DNA from: Levilinea sp.
GTDB lineage: Bacteria; Chloroflexota; Anaerolineae; Anaerolineales; Anaerolineaceae
Length of the DNA stretch: 64,000 nt
Direction of reading: 5' to 3'
NCBI GenBank assembly: GCA_034429695.1
Contig: DAOUGC010000056.1
Coordinates: 32,359 to 96,358 of the forward strand
In this document: one piece after another, positions 8,844-17,804 of the stretch
Numbering within the stretch: position 1 is the stretch's first letter
How the letters are laid out: every line of letters starts with the position of its first letter
Translations under genes and position numbers: made by a program
The notes under the pieces: model-generated
What the model was told of the DNA's origin: nothing
Seen by the model: only the letters and a program-made list of their open reading frames with translations
The model's database searches: none

Positions 8844-10217
8844 TCAGGCAGGCTGATTCACCTGCGGCAGGCGTTCTCGAATTGACTCGATTTCATCGGT
8901 CGGGTAATCGTAATCCTCCAGCATACCAGAGTTGTAAGCATTATAAGAGGACAGGTCAAAATGCCCGTGGCCCGAAAGGTTGAACAGGATCACACGCTTC
9001 TCACCGGTGCGTTTTGCCTCCAACGCTTCATCAATCGCAGCGCGAATGGCATGCGCCGATTCCGGCGCAGGCAACACGCCCTCAGAGTGCATGAACATCC
9101 TGGCTGCATCAAAGGTTGCCAGTTGGCGTACAGCCACGGCTTCCACCAGCCCGGCGTCATACAGGGCTGACAGGGTGGGCGCCATGCCGTGGTAGCGCAA
9201 TCCTCCGGCGTGAATGGAGGGCGGGATGAAATCGTGACCGAGGGTGTGCATTTTAACCACCGGAGCCATTTTTGCAGTATCACCGTAATCAAAGGTGTAA
9301 ATGCCGCGCGTCATGGATGGCGTGGCGGTGGGCTCCACGGCCAGCAAACGGGTGCGCTGACCGTTTTTCAGGTTCTCGCGCAGGAAGGGGAAGGCAATAC
9401 CGGCAAAATTGGAACCACCGCCCACGCAACCAATCACCACGTCTGGATACTCCCCGGCCATGTCCATCTGCTTGAGGGCTTCCTCGCCGATCACTGTCTG
9501 GTGAAGCAGCACATGGTTCAAGACCGAACCGAGGCCGTACTTCTTGGTCCCACCCGACAGGGCTGCCACTTCAACCGCCTCTGAAATGGCAATGCCAAGC
9601 GAACCCGGGCTGTTGGGATCGGCTGCGAGAATGGAGCGCCCTGCCTGGGTCAGGTCGGTGGGGCTGGAGAACACCCTTGCCCCAAAGGACTCCATCAGAT
9701 AGCGCCGATAGGGTTTCTGGTCATAAGAAACCTTCACCATGTACACTTCCAACTCCATGTCAAAGAAACGGCATGCCTGTGAAAGTGCAGACCCCCATTG
9801 ACCGGCGCCGGTCTCGGTGGTCATGGCGCGCGTACCGGCAACCTTATTGAAAAATGCTTGTGGAACCGCGGTATTGCCCTTGTGGCTGCCTGCCGGTGAG
9901 ACGCCCTCATATTTGTAATAAATATGGGCGGGCGTTCCAAGAGCCTGCTCCAAACGCCGGGCACGGATCAGGGGAGTGGGCCTCCACAGTTTGTAAATTT
10001 CCCGCACTTCCTCGGGGATCTCAATGTACCGTTCGGTGCTGATCTCCTGAAGAATCAACTCCATTGGGAACAGTGCGCTCAGAAAATCAGGCGTGACCGG
10101 CTCAAGGGTCATCGGGTTCAACACGGGCGCGGGCGTCACGGGGCTGTCTGCGTTTACGTTGTACCAGAAGCGCGGAAGGTCTTGATCAGAGAGATTGAAG
10201 CGGTAGGTGTCGTTCAT
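8844..10217 (-). CDS. trpB2: tryptophan synthase beta-chain paralog, TrpB2 class
   Basis: PLP-lysine motif GSHKGNTA and GGGSNFAG loop. The roughly 450-aa length and N-terminal MNDTYRFNLSDQDLPRFWYN are typical of TrpB2. Start reassigned to ATG 10217, behind GAGGAGG. Confidence 0.85.
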   Translation of the reverse strand: MNDTYRFNLSDQDLPRFWYNVNADSPVTPAPVLNPMTLEPVTPDFLSALFPMELILQEISTERYIEIPEEVREIYKLWRPTPLIRARRLEQALGTPAHIYYKYEGVSPAGSHKGNTAVPQAFFNKVAGTRAMTTETGAGQWGSALSQACRFFDMELEVYMVKVSYDQKPYRRYLMESFGARVFSSPTDLTQAGRSILAADPNSPGSLGIAISEAVEVAALSGGTKKYGLGSVLNHVLLHQTVIGEEALKQMDMAGEYPDVVIGCVGGGSNFAGIAFPFLRENLKNGQRTRLLAVEPTATPSMTRGIYTFDYGDTAKMAPVVKMHTLGHDFIPPSIHAGGLRYHGMAPTLSALYDAGLVEAVAVRQLATFDAARMFMHSEGVLPAPESAHAIRAAIDEALEAKRTGEKRVILFNLSGHGHFDLSSYNAYNSGMLEDYDYPTDEIESIRERLPQVNQPA

Positions 10218-10290
10218 GGTTGATTCCTCCTCAAGGGCGTTGTGTGAATGATGGCATGTGGATGGGCAATCCACCTGCCGGATAAATGAT

Positions 10291-11328
10291 TTAGCAGAAT
10301 GCCCCACCCGGTTGGCTGGCCGGTTGGTTGATCTGGGCGCTGGTGGACAGCCCCATGCGTTCCATCACTTCTTCCAAAGTCTGCCGGGCAATCGGACGGG
10401 CGCGTTGTGTGCCCACCGCCAGGATGTCCAGCACGTCAGTGGCGTGAGCGGCAAAAGTGGCACGCCGTTCACGCATCGGAGCCAGGGCGCGGTTTAGTCT
10501 GTCAGCCAGACGGCGTTTGACCTCAACATCACCGATGCGCCCTTCACGATAGCGGTTCTTGATCTCGTCCAGCTCATCCTGATCGGGGTCAAAAATGTCA
10601 AGATATTGAAAGACGGGGTTGCCCTCAACGTGTCCCGGATCGGTGGGATGAATGCGCGTGGGGTCGGTATACATCTGCATCACTTTGCGGGTGGTCTCTT
10701 CGGCTGTTTCACGCAGGAAGATGGCATTGCCGTATGAGGTGTGCATGGTACGGTTGTCAATGCCGGGCAACCGCGGCTGGGCAGACAGCAGGGCTTCCGG
10801 TTCGGGGAAGGTTTGCCCGTACAACTGATTGAAACGGCGCGCCACCTCACGGGTCAATTCAATATGCGGCAACTGATCCTCCCCCACCGGTACGGCTGTG
10901 GAACGATACAGCAGAATATCCGCTGCCTGCAACACGGGGTAAGCCAGCAAACCAAGCGATGGGTTCAGGTTCAACTGCTGCACCTGGTCCTTGTATGTGG
11001 GGTTGCGCTCCAACCGCGATACGGTTGTGATCATTGAAAACAACATCGCCAGTTGCGAGTGCTCGGGCAGCGCCGATTGGAGCACCAGCGTGGAACGGTC
11101 GGGGTCAATACCGGCAGCCAGCCAGTCAAGCACCGTCTCAATCGTATTCTGACGAATGCGATCAACATGTTCGTAATCAGTGGTCATCACGTGCAGGTCG
11201 GCGACCAGGAAGAAGCAATCGTACTGGTCCTGCAAATTCCTCCACGTTTCCAACGTGCCCACCAGATGGCCAATGTGCCGCGCGCCGGTTGGTCGATGTC
11301 CGGTAAGAATTCTTCCTTTTTTGGTCAT
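10291..11328 (-). CDS. trpS: tryptophanyl-tRNA synthetase (non-canonical KMSKS loop)
   Basis: GHRPTGARHIGHLVG (HIGH motif), FFLVADLH, and collinearity with bacterial TrpRS. AGGAGAAAG RBS. The KMSKS position reads TMHTS (see findings). Confidence 0.85.
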   Translation of the reverse strand: MTKKGRILTGHRPTGARHIGHLVGTLETWRNLQDQYDCFFLVADLHVMTTDYEHVDRIRQNTIETVLDWLAAGIDPDRSTLVLQSALPEHSQLAMLFSMITTVSRLERNPTYKDQVQQLNLNPSLGLLAYPVLQAADILLYRSTAVPVGEDQLPHIELTREVARRFNQLYGQTFPEPEALLSAQPRLPGIDNRTMHTSYGNAIFLRETAEETTRKVMQMYTDPTRIHPTDPGHVEGNPVFQYLDIFDPDQDELDEIKNRYREGRIGDVEVKRRLADRLNRALAPMRERRATFAAHATDVLDILAVGTQRARPIARQTLEEVMERMGLSTSAQINQPASQPGGAFC

Positions 11329-11342
11329 GGTCTTTCTCCTCC

Positions 11343-11381
11343 TGAAAACAAAAAGCGTTCATCCCAAATAGGGACGAACGC
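11343..11381 (-). terminator. T-box expression-platform terminator
   Basis: Minus strand: GCGTTCGTCCC-TATTT-GGGATGAACGC followed by TTTTTGTTTT. Its 5' arm lies 8 nt after the T-box sequence, as expected for terminator/antiterminator competition. Confidence 0.85.
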
Positions 11382-11680
11382 TGCATGGTCCGTGGTGCCA
11401 CCCATCTTAGGCGACCTCTGCCAGAAAAAAGAAAAACCCGTTGTGATGACAACGGGTGCAGAAAGCCAGCCTCACTTTGCGGGAACTGTCAGCGGAAAGC
11501 TGCTCCATTCCCTTTGCCCTGATAACGGTGGCATCTCCGGCGCGGGTTACTTATTCCTGTTCGCCCTGCAACTCTGAGGTCCATTCTGCGCTCCTGTACG
11601 GGCAGGTTCTCATCAACTCCTGCTCTCTGTACCGCCGGGGGGAACGCTTACTCGTCCTCTTCAACGTCTTTCGGTCTTAA
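11343..11680 (-). promoter_or_regulatory. T-box leader (tRNA-Trp sensing) upstream of trpS
   Basis: Read on the minus strand: AG-box CAGAGAGCAGG (plus 11619-11629). Specifier context GCAGAA-UGG-A, with UGG at plus 11581-11583. F-box GCCACCGTTATC (11521-11532). Stem III hairpin (11436-11457). T-box AAGATGGGTGGCACCACGG (11390-11408). Then the terminator and the trpS RBS. Confidence 0.85.
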
Positions 11681-11689
11681 TTTTCAATG

Positions 11690-11717
11690 ATTATAGCCAC
11701 TTTTTGGTAAAAGTCAA
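11690..11717 (-). promoter_or_regulatory. sigma70-type promoter for the T-box/trpS unit
   Basis: Minus strand: TTGACT (plus 11712-11717), 16-nt spacer, TATAAT (plus 11690-11695). It sits immediately after the thyX stop. Confidence 0.7.
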
Positions 11718-11733
11718 GCTTTGAAAAAAATAT

Positions 11734-13152
11734 CTATGCCACAGCGAAATGTTGCCCTTCAATCTGCTGCCACGTTTCTCCTGTTGGGCAGGATAGATAC
11801 TGCCCAAACAGCGGAGAGCAGTGCTGAATTTCCTCCAACATGCGCACCGCCACGCGGCGCATGGAAAAATGAGCGTTTTCAGCCATGCGCAACTGCAGGA
11901 AATGCCGCGCTGTGCGCAAATTGAACTCAAGCAGCACCCGCCGCCTGAATGCGTTGGGAACCACATATGCCGCCACGTGCGGGCTTACCGGCGCCAGTTG
12001 TTCATACGCCTGAATACATGCATCCATGCAATTAACGTAATGCTCCACCAATCCGGCTTTTACGATGGCAGTCGGAACGGTATACCCAAGCCGGGTGGTC
12101 AGGTTTTGCGGGGTCTGGGTCATCATGCGGTGGCGTTTGAGTTCAAAATAAGCGCCCTGATCCAGGATCAAATCAAAGGTAAAGCGGCTGTACTCCAGTT
12201 CGCGAATGGGGATGTCGTGCCGCGTGAGCGTTGCCATGACCTCACCCACCAGTGCGGTGCGCTGTTCAGCGTTGAGCGCGCGCACCTGATTGAGCGCCTG
12301 ATCAAAGGACCCGCCCGAAAAGCGATACACGGCCGCAGCCAGGACGCGCTCTTCACCATCGCGATCACAGGAAATCAGGCGGCACCAGTCATCATCCGCC
12401 GGGCTGGACGGCATGCGCACGTGCCGGCTCAATCGTTCGGTCAAATATTGCAGATGCGGCAAAGCATCAGCATATTTGACCAGTGTGGGGGTCTCCGCTT
12501 TCGCCACCGCCTTGATCTCCTCCCCGATCTGGCGAACCTCCTGCAACGGGTGAGACAGCATCTTCTGAATGGCGTGTTCAAGCGCCCTGGCATTGATGGT
12601 CATGCCAACGTTAGCCAACGCTGCCGCTGGTAGGAAAAAACGGCATACGTCCACATAATGAGAACGAATTCGGGCTTCCCAGCGCGTTTCACTCTCGCCT
12701 TCCTCGCGCGGGTGGCTAACTTCGATCACCGCTTTGACTTTGGGCAGCGCCTGTTGATAAGCGTCAAACAACATGCAGCAGGTATCCATGTACATTTGCC
12801 GCAGCAGATGTCCTTCCAATTCCGGTGGCACAAAAAAAGCGTCGTTGTTCCACGTCTGGTAGCGTGTGGATTTCTCGGTGTAAGATGCCAGCCGGTTGGA
12901 TTCCAGCGTCTCAACAGCCAGACGCGAGATGTTTTCAACGGCAATGTGCAGCACGGCATGTTCTGCCACCGATGAATGTCCGTAGCCAACCACCCACTTC
13001 TCATGGAAACGGGCTGATTTTTCATCAGTTAATTCGGCTGCAATTTCCCTGAAGGATTCAGGGGAACGGGAGGTTTTGGCAAAGGTGACGGCGATGGTTT
13101 CGGGTGGGAGTGACTGCGGGTCCAGCAAATATACCTGTCGATCAGGCGTCAT
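11734..13152 (-). CDS. thyX: FAD-dependent thymidylate synthase ThyX, tandem (two Thy1-like halves)
   Basis: 472 aa. First half carries ASYTEKSTRY and second half carries ELKRHRMMTQ...TTR (ThyX-motif remnants). Start moved to ATG 13152 behind GGAGG. Overlaps the ribF 3' end by 11 nt. Confidence 0.8.
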   Translation of the reverse strand: MTPDRQVYLLDPQSLPPETIAVTFAKTSRSPESFREIAAELTDEKSARFHEKWVVGYGHSSVAEHAVLHIAVENISRLAVETLESNRLASYTEKSTRYQTWNNDAFFVPPELEGHLLRQMYMDTCCMLFDAYQQALPKVKAVIEVSHPREEGESETRWEARIRSHYVDVCRFFLPAAALANVGMTINARALEHAIQKMLSHPLQEVRQIGEEIKAVAKAETPTLVKYADALPHLQYLTERLSRHVRMPSSPADDDWCRLISCDRDGEERVLAAAVYRFSGGSFDQALNQVRALNAEQRTALVGEVMATLTRHDIPIRELEYSRFTFDLILDQGAYFELKRHRMMTQTPQNLTTRLGYTVPTAIVKAGLVEHYVNCMDACIQAYEQLAPVSPHVAAYVVPNAFRRRVLLEFNLRTARHFLQLRMAENAHFSMRRVAVRMLEEIQHCSPLFGQYLSCPTGETWQQIEGQHFAVA

Positions 13153-14068
13153 GGGCAAGCACCTCCCGGGCACGGTTGATATCGGAGAACACCTGGCTGA
13201 TTAACGCGTCCACACTGGTAAAACGTTGTTCAGGTCGCAAGTGTTCGACAAATTCCACCACCAGTTGCTGTCCGTAAATATCTTTGGAAAAATCAAGGAT
13301 ATGGGTTTCGATGCGCGGAGCGGCAAATTTTTCAAATGTGGGCCGCAAGCCAACATTGGTGATGGATGGAAAACGCTCCTCTCCCAGTCGTGCCCAGGTG
13401 GCATACACTCCAGAAGCCGGCAATAACTGTTCCTGCCAGATGGACAGATTTGCCGTGGCAAACCCAAGCCCATGCCCGCGCCCTTCACCGTGGACAACTT
13501 CGCCGCCAATGGCGTAAGCATGTCCAAGCAATTCCACCGCGCGGCGAACATTTCCCTGTTGCACCAAAGACCGAATCAGGCTGGAGGAGACGACTCCCTC
13601 CCCCATTGTAACCGGTTTGATCACTTTTACGCCGTACTTTAGCTCATTACCCAGTTCTTCCAGTCGGGCGATATCTCCTTCGCGGTTGCGCCCCAGGGCA
13701 AAATCCTGACCAATCCATAACTGCTTTACACCCAGTTGTTCGCGCAATCCACGCATGAACTCCTCGGCGCTCATTGACGCCATGCGGCGGTCAAACGGTA
13801 ATGTGATCACTTGGTCCACGCCAAGCTGCAGAAGCAGTTCAGCCCTCGCTTCAGGCGTGGTCAGATAATACGGTCCCTGAAAACCACGCAAAACCACCAC
13901 AGGATGGGGAAAGAAGGTGATGACAACTGCCTGACTGCCAGCCGCATGCGCCCCACTCACCAGATTGGTGATGAGGGAACGGTGGCCAAGATGCACTCCA
14001 TCAAATGAACCGATGGTGACCCAGGAAGAATCGATGTGGACTGTGGTGAATTCGCTGATGGAAGGCAT
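13142..14068 (-). CDS. ribF: bifunctional riboflavin kinase / FMN adenylyltransferase
   Basis: N-terminal IGSFDGVHLGHRSL nucleotidyltransferase motif and a C-terminal riboflavin kinase region (GFATANL, PTFE). Confidence 0.95.
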   Translation of the reverse strand: MPSISEFTTVHIDSSWVTIGSFDGVHLGHRSLITNLVSGAHAAGSQAVVITFFPHPVVVLRGFQGPYYLTTPEARAELLLQLGVDQVITLPFDRRMASMSAEEFMRGLREQLGVKQLWIGQDFALGRNREGDIARLEELGNELKYGVKVIKPVTMGEGVVSSSLIRSLVQQGNVRRAVELLGHAYAIGGEVVHGEGRGHGLGFATANLSIWQEQLLPASGVYATWARLGEERFPSITNVGLRPTFEKFAAPRIETHILDFSKDIYGQQLVVEFVEHLRPEQRFTSVDALISQVFSDINRAREVLAHDA

Positions 14069-14077
14069 TTTTCACTG

Positions 14078-14995
14078 CTAGGAGAAGAAGACTTTACGGG
14101 GTTGCCACTCCGTATTTTCATCGTCAAATTGCATGAGCGCAACCAGTTCTCCCTGTTCGCTGATCCCTCTTGCAAGCGCGGGCGAGTCGGGTTCTGCGCC
14201 AATTCGATGACCATGGCGAATTTGATCCACCTGTTCAATGGTTAATTCCACAGATGGCCAGTCCGAAAGCGCCTCGGCAGCAGGGATCAAATACTGATAC
14301 CAGTTGCCGATCTCAAAGGAATCACGTAGTTTACGCAAAGGAACGGCATCGCGCAGGGTGAAACGCCCACTCTTGGTACGACGCAGACCCACCAGGTGGG
14401 CGCCGCATCCCAGGGTCATACCCAGATCGTGGGCAAGGGAGCGCACGTAAGTTCCGGATGAACAATAAACGTCAATGACAGCCTCGGGCGGAGCCCATTC
14501 CAGCAATTCGAGGCTGTAAACCTTGATCTTGCGCGGTTCCAGTTCCACTTCTTCACCTTCCCGCGCCATATCATAAGCACGGCGGCCTTTCACTTTAATG
14601 GCCGAGTACGGCGGCGGAACCTGTTCGATCTCGCCCACAAACTGCCTGAGTGCATTTTCAAACTGCTCCTCGGTGATGGTCACCGGAGCGCGGTTGAGAA
14701 TTCGCCCATCGGCATCATAAGTATCGGTGGTGGCTCCCAGGCTGATGACCGCCTGATAACGCTTATCGGACGCCGACACATATTCACTCAGGCGCACGGC
14801 CGGGCCGATCAAAACCACAAGTACGCCAGAGGCGCGCGGGTCAAGCGTGCCGGTATGGCCCGCTCTGCGAATATTGGTTCCTTTGCGGATGATCTGAACC
14901 ACATCGTGCGAGGTTAATCCCACCGGCTTGTCAACAACCAATACCCCCGATATTGCATTTCTTAAATCGAAGTTGCTCTCATCACTCATAGTCAT
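14078..14995 (-). CDS. truB: tRNA pseudouridine(55) synthase
   Basis: GVLVVDKPVGLTSHDVV and GHTGTLDPRASGVLVV motifs. The ORF extends to 15043, but ATG 14995 has a GGGGA SD-like element. Start is uncertain. Confidence 0.9.
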   Translation of the reverse strand: MTMSDESNFDLRNAISGVLVVDKPVGLTSHDVVQIIRKGTNIRRAGHTGTLDPRASGVLVVLIGPAVRLSEYVSASDKRYQAVISLGATTDTYDADGRILNRAPVTITEEQFENALRQFVGEIEQVPPPYSAIKVKGRRAYDMAREGEEVELEPRKIKVYSLELLEWAPPEAVIDVYCSSGTYVRSLAHDLGMTLGCGAHLVGLRRTKSGRFTLRDAVPLRKLRDSFEIGNWYQYLIPAAEALSDWPSVELTIEQVDQIRHGHRIGAEPDSPALARGISEQGELVALMQFDDENTEWQPRKVFFS

Positions 14996-15115
14996 TGTCC
15001 CCGTCTTTGCTATGACAACTTCTGAACGACTCTCACCCATCAAAAGCTGCTAACAAGCAACCATTCTGGTCTGGTTCAGGCACGTCAACCACCCATATTG
15101 GGCTGGCCACCCAAA

Positions 15116-15505
15116 TCACTCCTCCTCATCCTCATCATCGAGTGGAGGTAATGGTTGGTCATCCTGGTGCAAAGAAGCCAGTAATTTCTCAATGTGATCA
15201 GCCCGTTCGGGAGTGGGATCCCAGTGAAAGCGCAAACGTGGAAACACGCGCAGATCCACCCGTTCAGCCAGTGCATGGCGCAGATAACCGGTTGCGCTGC
15301 GCAAACCTGCCAGCACTTCCTTGGAACGCACATTCCCTTCCAGAGCAGACACAAAAATATCCGCGTAGGCCAGTTCCCGGTCCACCTTCACATCGGTAAT
15401 GGAAATACCGCTCAGACGTGGGTCCTGAACCTCGCGGATTAACATTTCAGACAAATCCTGCTTGATTCGATCCGAAATTCTTTTCAAGCGCATCGGCGAT
15501 GGCAT
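15116..15505 (-). CDS. rbfA: ribosome-binding factor A
   Basis: RLKRISDRIKQDLSEMLIREVQDPRL...ITDVKVDRELAYADIFVS is typical RbfA. It has an acidic C-terminal tail. Confidence 0.9.
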   Translation of the reverse strand: MPSPMRLKRISDRIKQDLSEMLIREVQDPRLSGISITDVKVDRELAYADIFVSALEGNVRSKEVLAGLRSATGYLRHALAERVDLRVFPRLRFHWDPTPERADHIEKLLASLHQDDQPLPPLDDEDEEE

Positions 15506-15540
15506 GTTATCTGCTACTCCCCAATCCTGCTCGCCCCGGC

Positions 15541-17325
15541 TTACCCGCCGAACCGTTCCAAAATAAAGCTTTCAACAATGTCGCCCTGTTGAACATCGTT
15601 GTAATTCTTGAACGACATGCCGCACTCAAACCCCTGGCGCACTTCCTTCACATCATCCCGTTCATGTTTGAGGGAAGCCAGTTCACCTTCAAACACTTTC
15701 TGGTTGTTGCGTAAGATTCTCACCCTGGCGCCACGGCGTACTTCACCTGAAATCACACGGCATCCAGCCACAGCACCCACCTTGTTGATCTGGAATACTG
15801 CGCGAATTTCTGACCGACCAATGATCACTTCCTTGAACTCCGGAGCGAGCATGCCCTGCAGGGCTTTCTCGATGTCCTCGGTCATACGATAAATAATATC
15901 ATAATTACGGATGGATACACCCTCGACTTCGGCAAGTCTTCTGGCTGCAGAATCCACCTGGATGCTGAAACCAATCACGATCGCTTTGGAGGCTGTCGCC
16001 AGCATCACATCGCTTTCGGTGATGTTGCCCGCCTCGGCATGCAGAATGTTAATGGCAATGTCACCCTGCTTGATCTCTTTGAGAGAGTTGACAATGGGCT
16101 CGAGCGAACCCTGCACATCGGCTTTGATGATCAGGCGCAGCTCACGCACCTCACCTGCCTGAAAGCGGGTGAACAATTCTTCAAGGGTGGCTTTGGGTGT
16201 GGTGGCAACCTGGCGCTGCATTTCCTGCTTGCGTTCGGTCACAATGACACGCGCATCCCGCTCAGAATCCACCACCGAGAACAGGTCGCCGGCAGCGGGA
16301 ACGTCATTAAAACCCAGGATCTGGGCTGGCATGGAAGGCGAAGCTGTGCGGATCTTGCGACCCTTGTAGTCAAACATGGCGCGAATACGCCCGTAGGCTG
16401 TACCGGCAATCACAACAGAACCCATTTCCAGGGTTCCGTTCTGCACCAGCAGCGTGGCAAGCACACCCTTGGCTTTGTCAAGTTGGGCTTCGATTACGGT
16501 GCCGATCACCTTGCCGTCAGGATTGGCGCGAATATCAGTGGACTCTGCCACCAGCAAAATGGCTTCAAGCAGGTCTTCAATACCGGTCTTCTTCTTTGCT
16601 GAAACCGGCACAACAATTGTGCTGCCATCCCAATCATCGGGAACCAGGCCATTTTCAGCGAGTTGACGTTTAACAAAGTCGGGATTGGCGTCAGGACGGT
16701 CAATTTTATTGAGGGCGACGATGATGGGAACCCGGGCAGCCTTGGCATGGGCGATGGCTTCGCGGGTCTGCGGCATCACGCCGTCATTGGCGGCCACCAC
16801 CAGCACCACAATGTCAGCACCCTGAGCGCCGCGGGCACGCATGGCAGTAAATGCAGCATGACCGGGAGTGTCCAGGAAGGTGATCTGGCGGCCCTTGTGT
16901 TCCACCTGATAAGCGCCAACGTGCTGGGTGATGCCCCCCACCTCACCGCCAGCCACATCAGTATGCCGGATGGCATCCAGCAGCGTGGTCTTGCCGTGGT
17001 CAACATGTCCCAAAATGGTCACCACCGGCGGGCGGTTGACCAGATGCTGGTCTTCTTCACCGGCGATGGTACGCCGCCACAGAGGCACTTCACCAACCTC
17101 GGGTTCCACTTCTTCTTCGATGGTCTCAAGATTGGTCTCGAAGCCCATTTCTGATGCGACAATGGCAGCCGTGTCATAATCGACCTGCTGATTGATATTG
17201 GCCATGACGCCGTTGGACATCAAAATTTTGATGACCTGAATGGGGCTGGTTTCGATCCGCTGCGCGAGGTCGCGCACGGTAATGGTATTGGGCAGTTCAA
17301 TTTTTTTGGACCCGATCTCGCTCAT
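15541..17325 (-). CDS. infB: translation initiation factor IF-2 (short form)
   Basis: G-domain [21 protein letters not shown]. Start reassigned to ATG 17325 behind AAGGAGAGG. Confidence 0.95.
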   Translation of the reverse strand: MSEIGSKKIELPNTITVRDLAQRIETSPIQVIKILMSNGVMANINQQVDYDTAAIVASEMGFETNLETIEEEVEPEVGEVPLWRRTIAGEEDQHLVNRPPVVTILGHVDHGKTTLLDAIRHTDVAGGEVGGITQHVGAYQVEHKGRQITFLDTPGHAAFTAMRARGAQGADIVVLVVAANDGVMPQTREAIAHAKAARVPIIVALNKIDRPDANPDFVKRQLAENGLVPDDWDGSTIVVPVSAKKKTGIEDLLEAILLVAESTDIRANPDGKVIGTVIEAQLDKAKGVLATLLVQNGTLEMGSVVIAGTAYGRIRAMFDYKGRKIRTASPSMPAQILGFNDVPAAGDLFSVVDSERDARVIVTERKQEMQRQVATTPKATLEELFTRFQAGEVRELRLIIKADVQGSLEPIVNSLKEIKQGDIAINILHAEAGNITESDVMLATASKAIVIGFSIQVDSAARRLAEVEGVSIRNYDIIYRMTEDIEKALQGMLAPEFKEVIIGRSEIRAVFQINKVGAVAGCRVISGEVRRGARVRILRNNQKVFEGELASLKHERDDVKEVRQGFECGMSFKNYNDVQQGDIVESFILERFGG

Positions 17326-17465
17326 TTCGCCTCTCCTTTGCATCCCTTTCCTCACCCCCACCCAACCGCCGTGTTGACGTGGGCCCGGGATGCCAGGCAC
17401 GCGTTTATCTTAGCGAGTGCAACGAGTGAGTTATAACATCATTTTTGCATTCCAACCGTGTCATT

Positions 17466-17789
17466 CTATCCATGACTGGCTGCCGTTTCGGTCTGATCTT
17501 CCGGTTCATCGGGCAGACCCGCCAGATAGCTGGTGAGTACCTCACGATCTTGCGTTGTCAATTCGGTTTTCAATGCATGCGCCAGGGCGCCTTTGATGCC
17601 CTTCTCCCAGCAAGCGCGGGAATTGTGCAGGTAGGCTCCCCTTCCGGATAGTTTTCCGGTCGTATCCACCTGAACTCCTTCAGGTGTGCGCACGATACGA
17701 ATAAGGGCACGCTTGGGGAGCACCAGACGGCAGGCCACGCAGGTTCTTTGCGGAACATGCTTCACACGTTTGACCGGCTTTTTTGTCAT
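17466..17789 (-). CDS. ylxR: YlxR/RnpM-family (DUF448) RNA-binding protein
   Basis: RTCVACRLVLPKRALIRIV and GRGAYLH motifs. Canonical position between nusA and infB. Confidence 0.85.
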   Translation of the reverse strand: MTKKPVKRVKHVPQRTCVACRLVLPKRALIRIVRTPEGVQVDTTGKLSGRGAYLHNSRACWEKGIKGALAHALKTELTTQDREVLTSYLAGLPDEPEDQTETAASHG

Positions 17790-17804
17790 GATGCTCCCGG
17801 CGGT

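Noticed and set aside
10218-10307. 30-codon extension of trpB2 overlapping the trpS 3' end
   Set aside because: ATG 10217 has a strong GAGGAGG RBS, and the product then starts at the conserved TrpB2 N-terminus.
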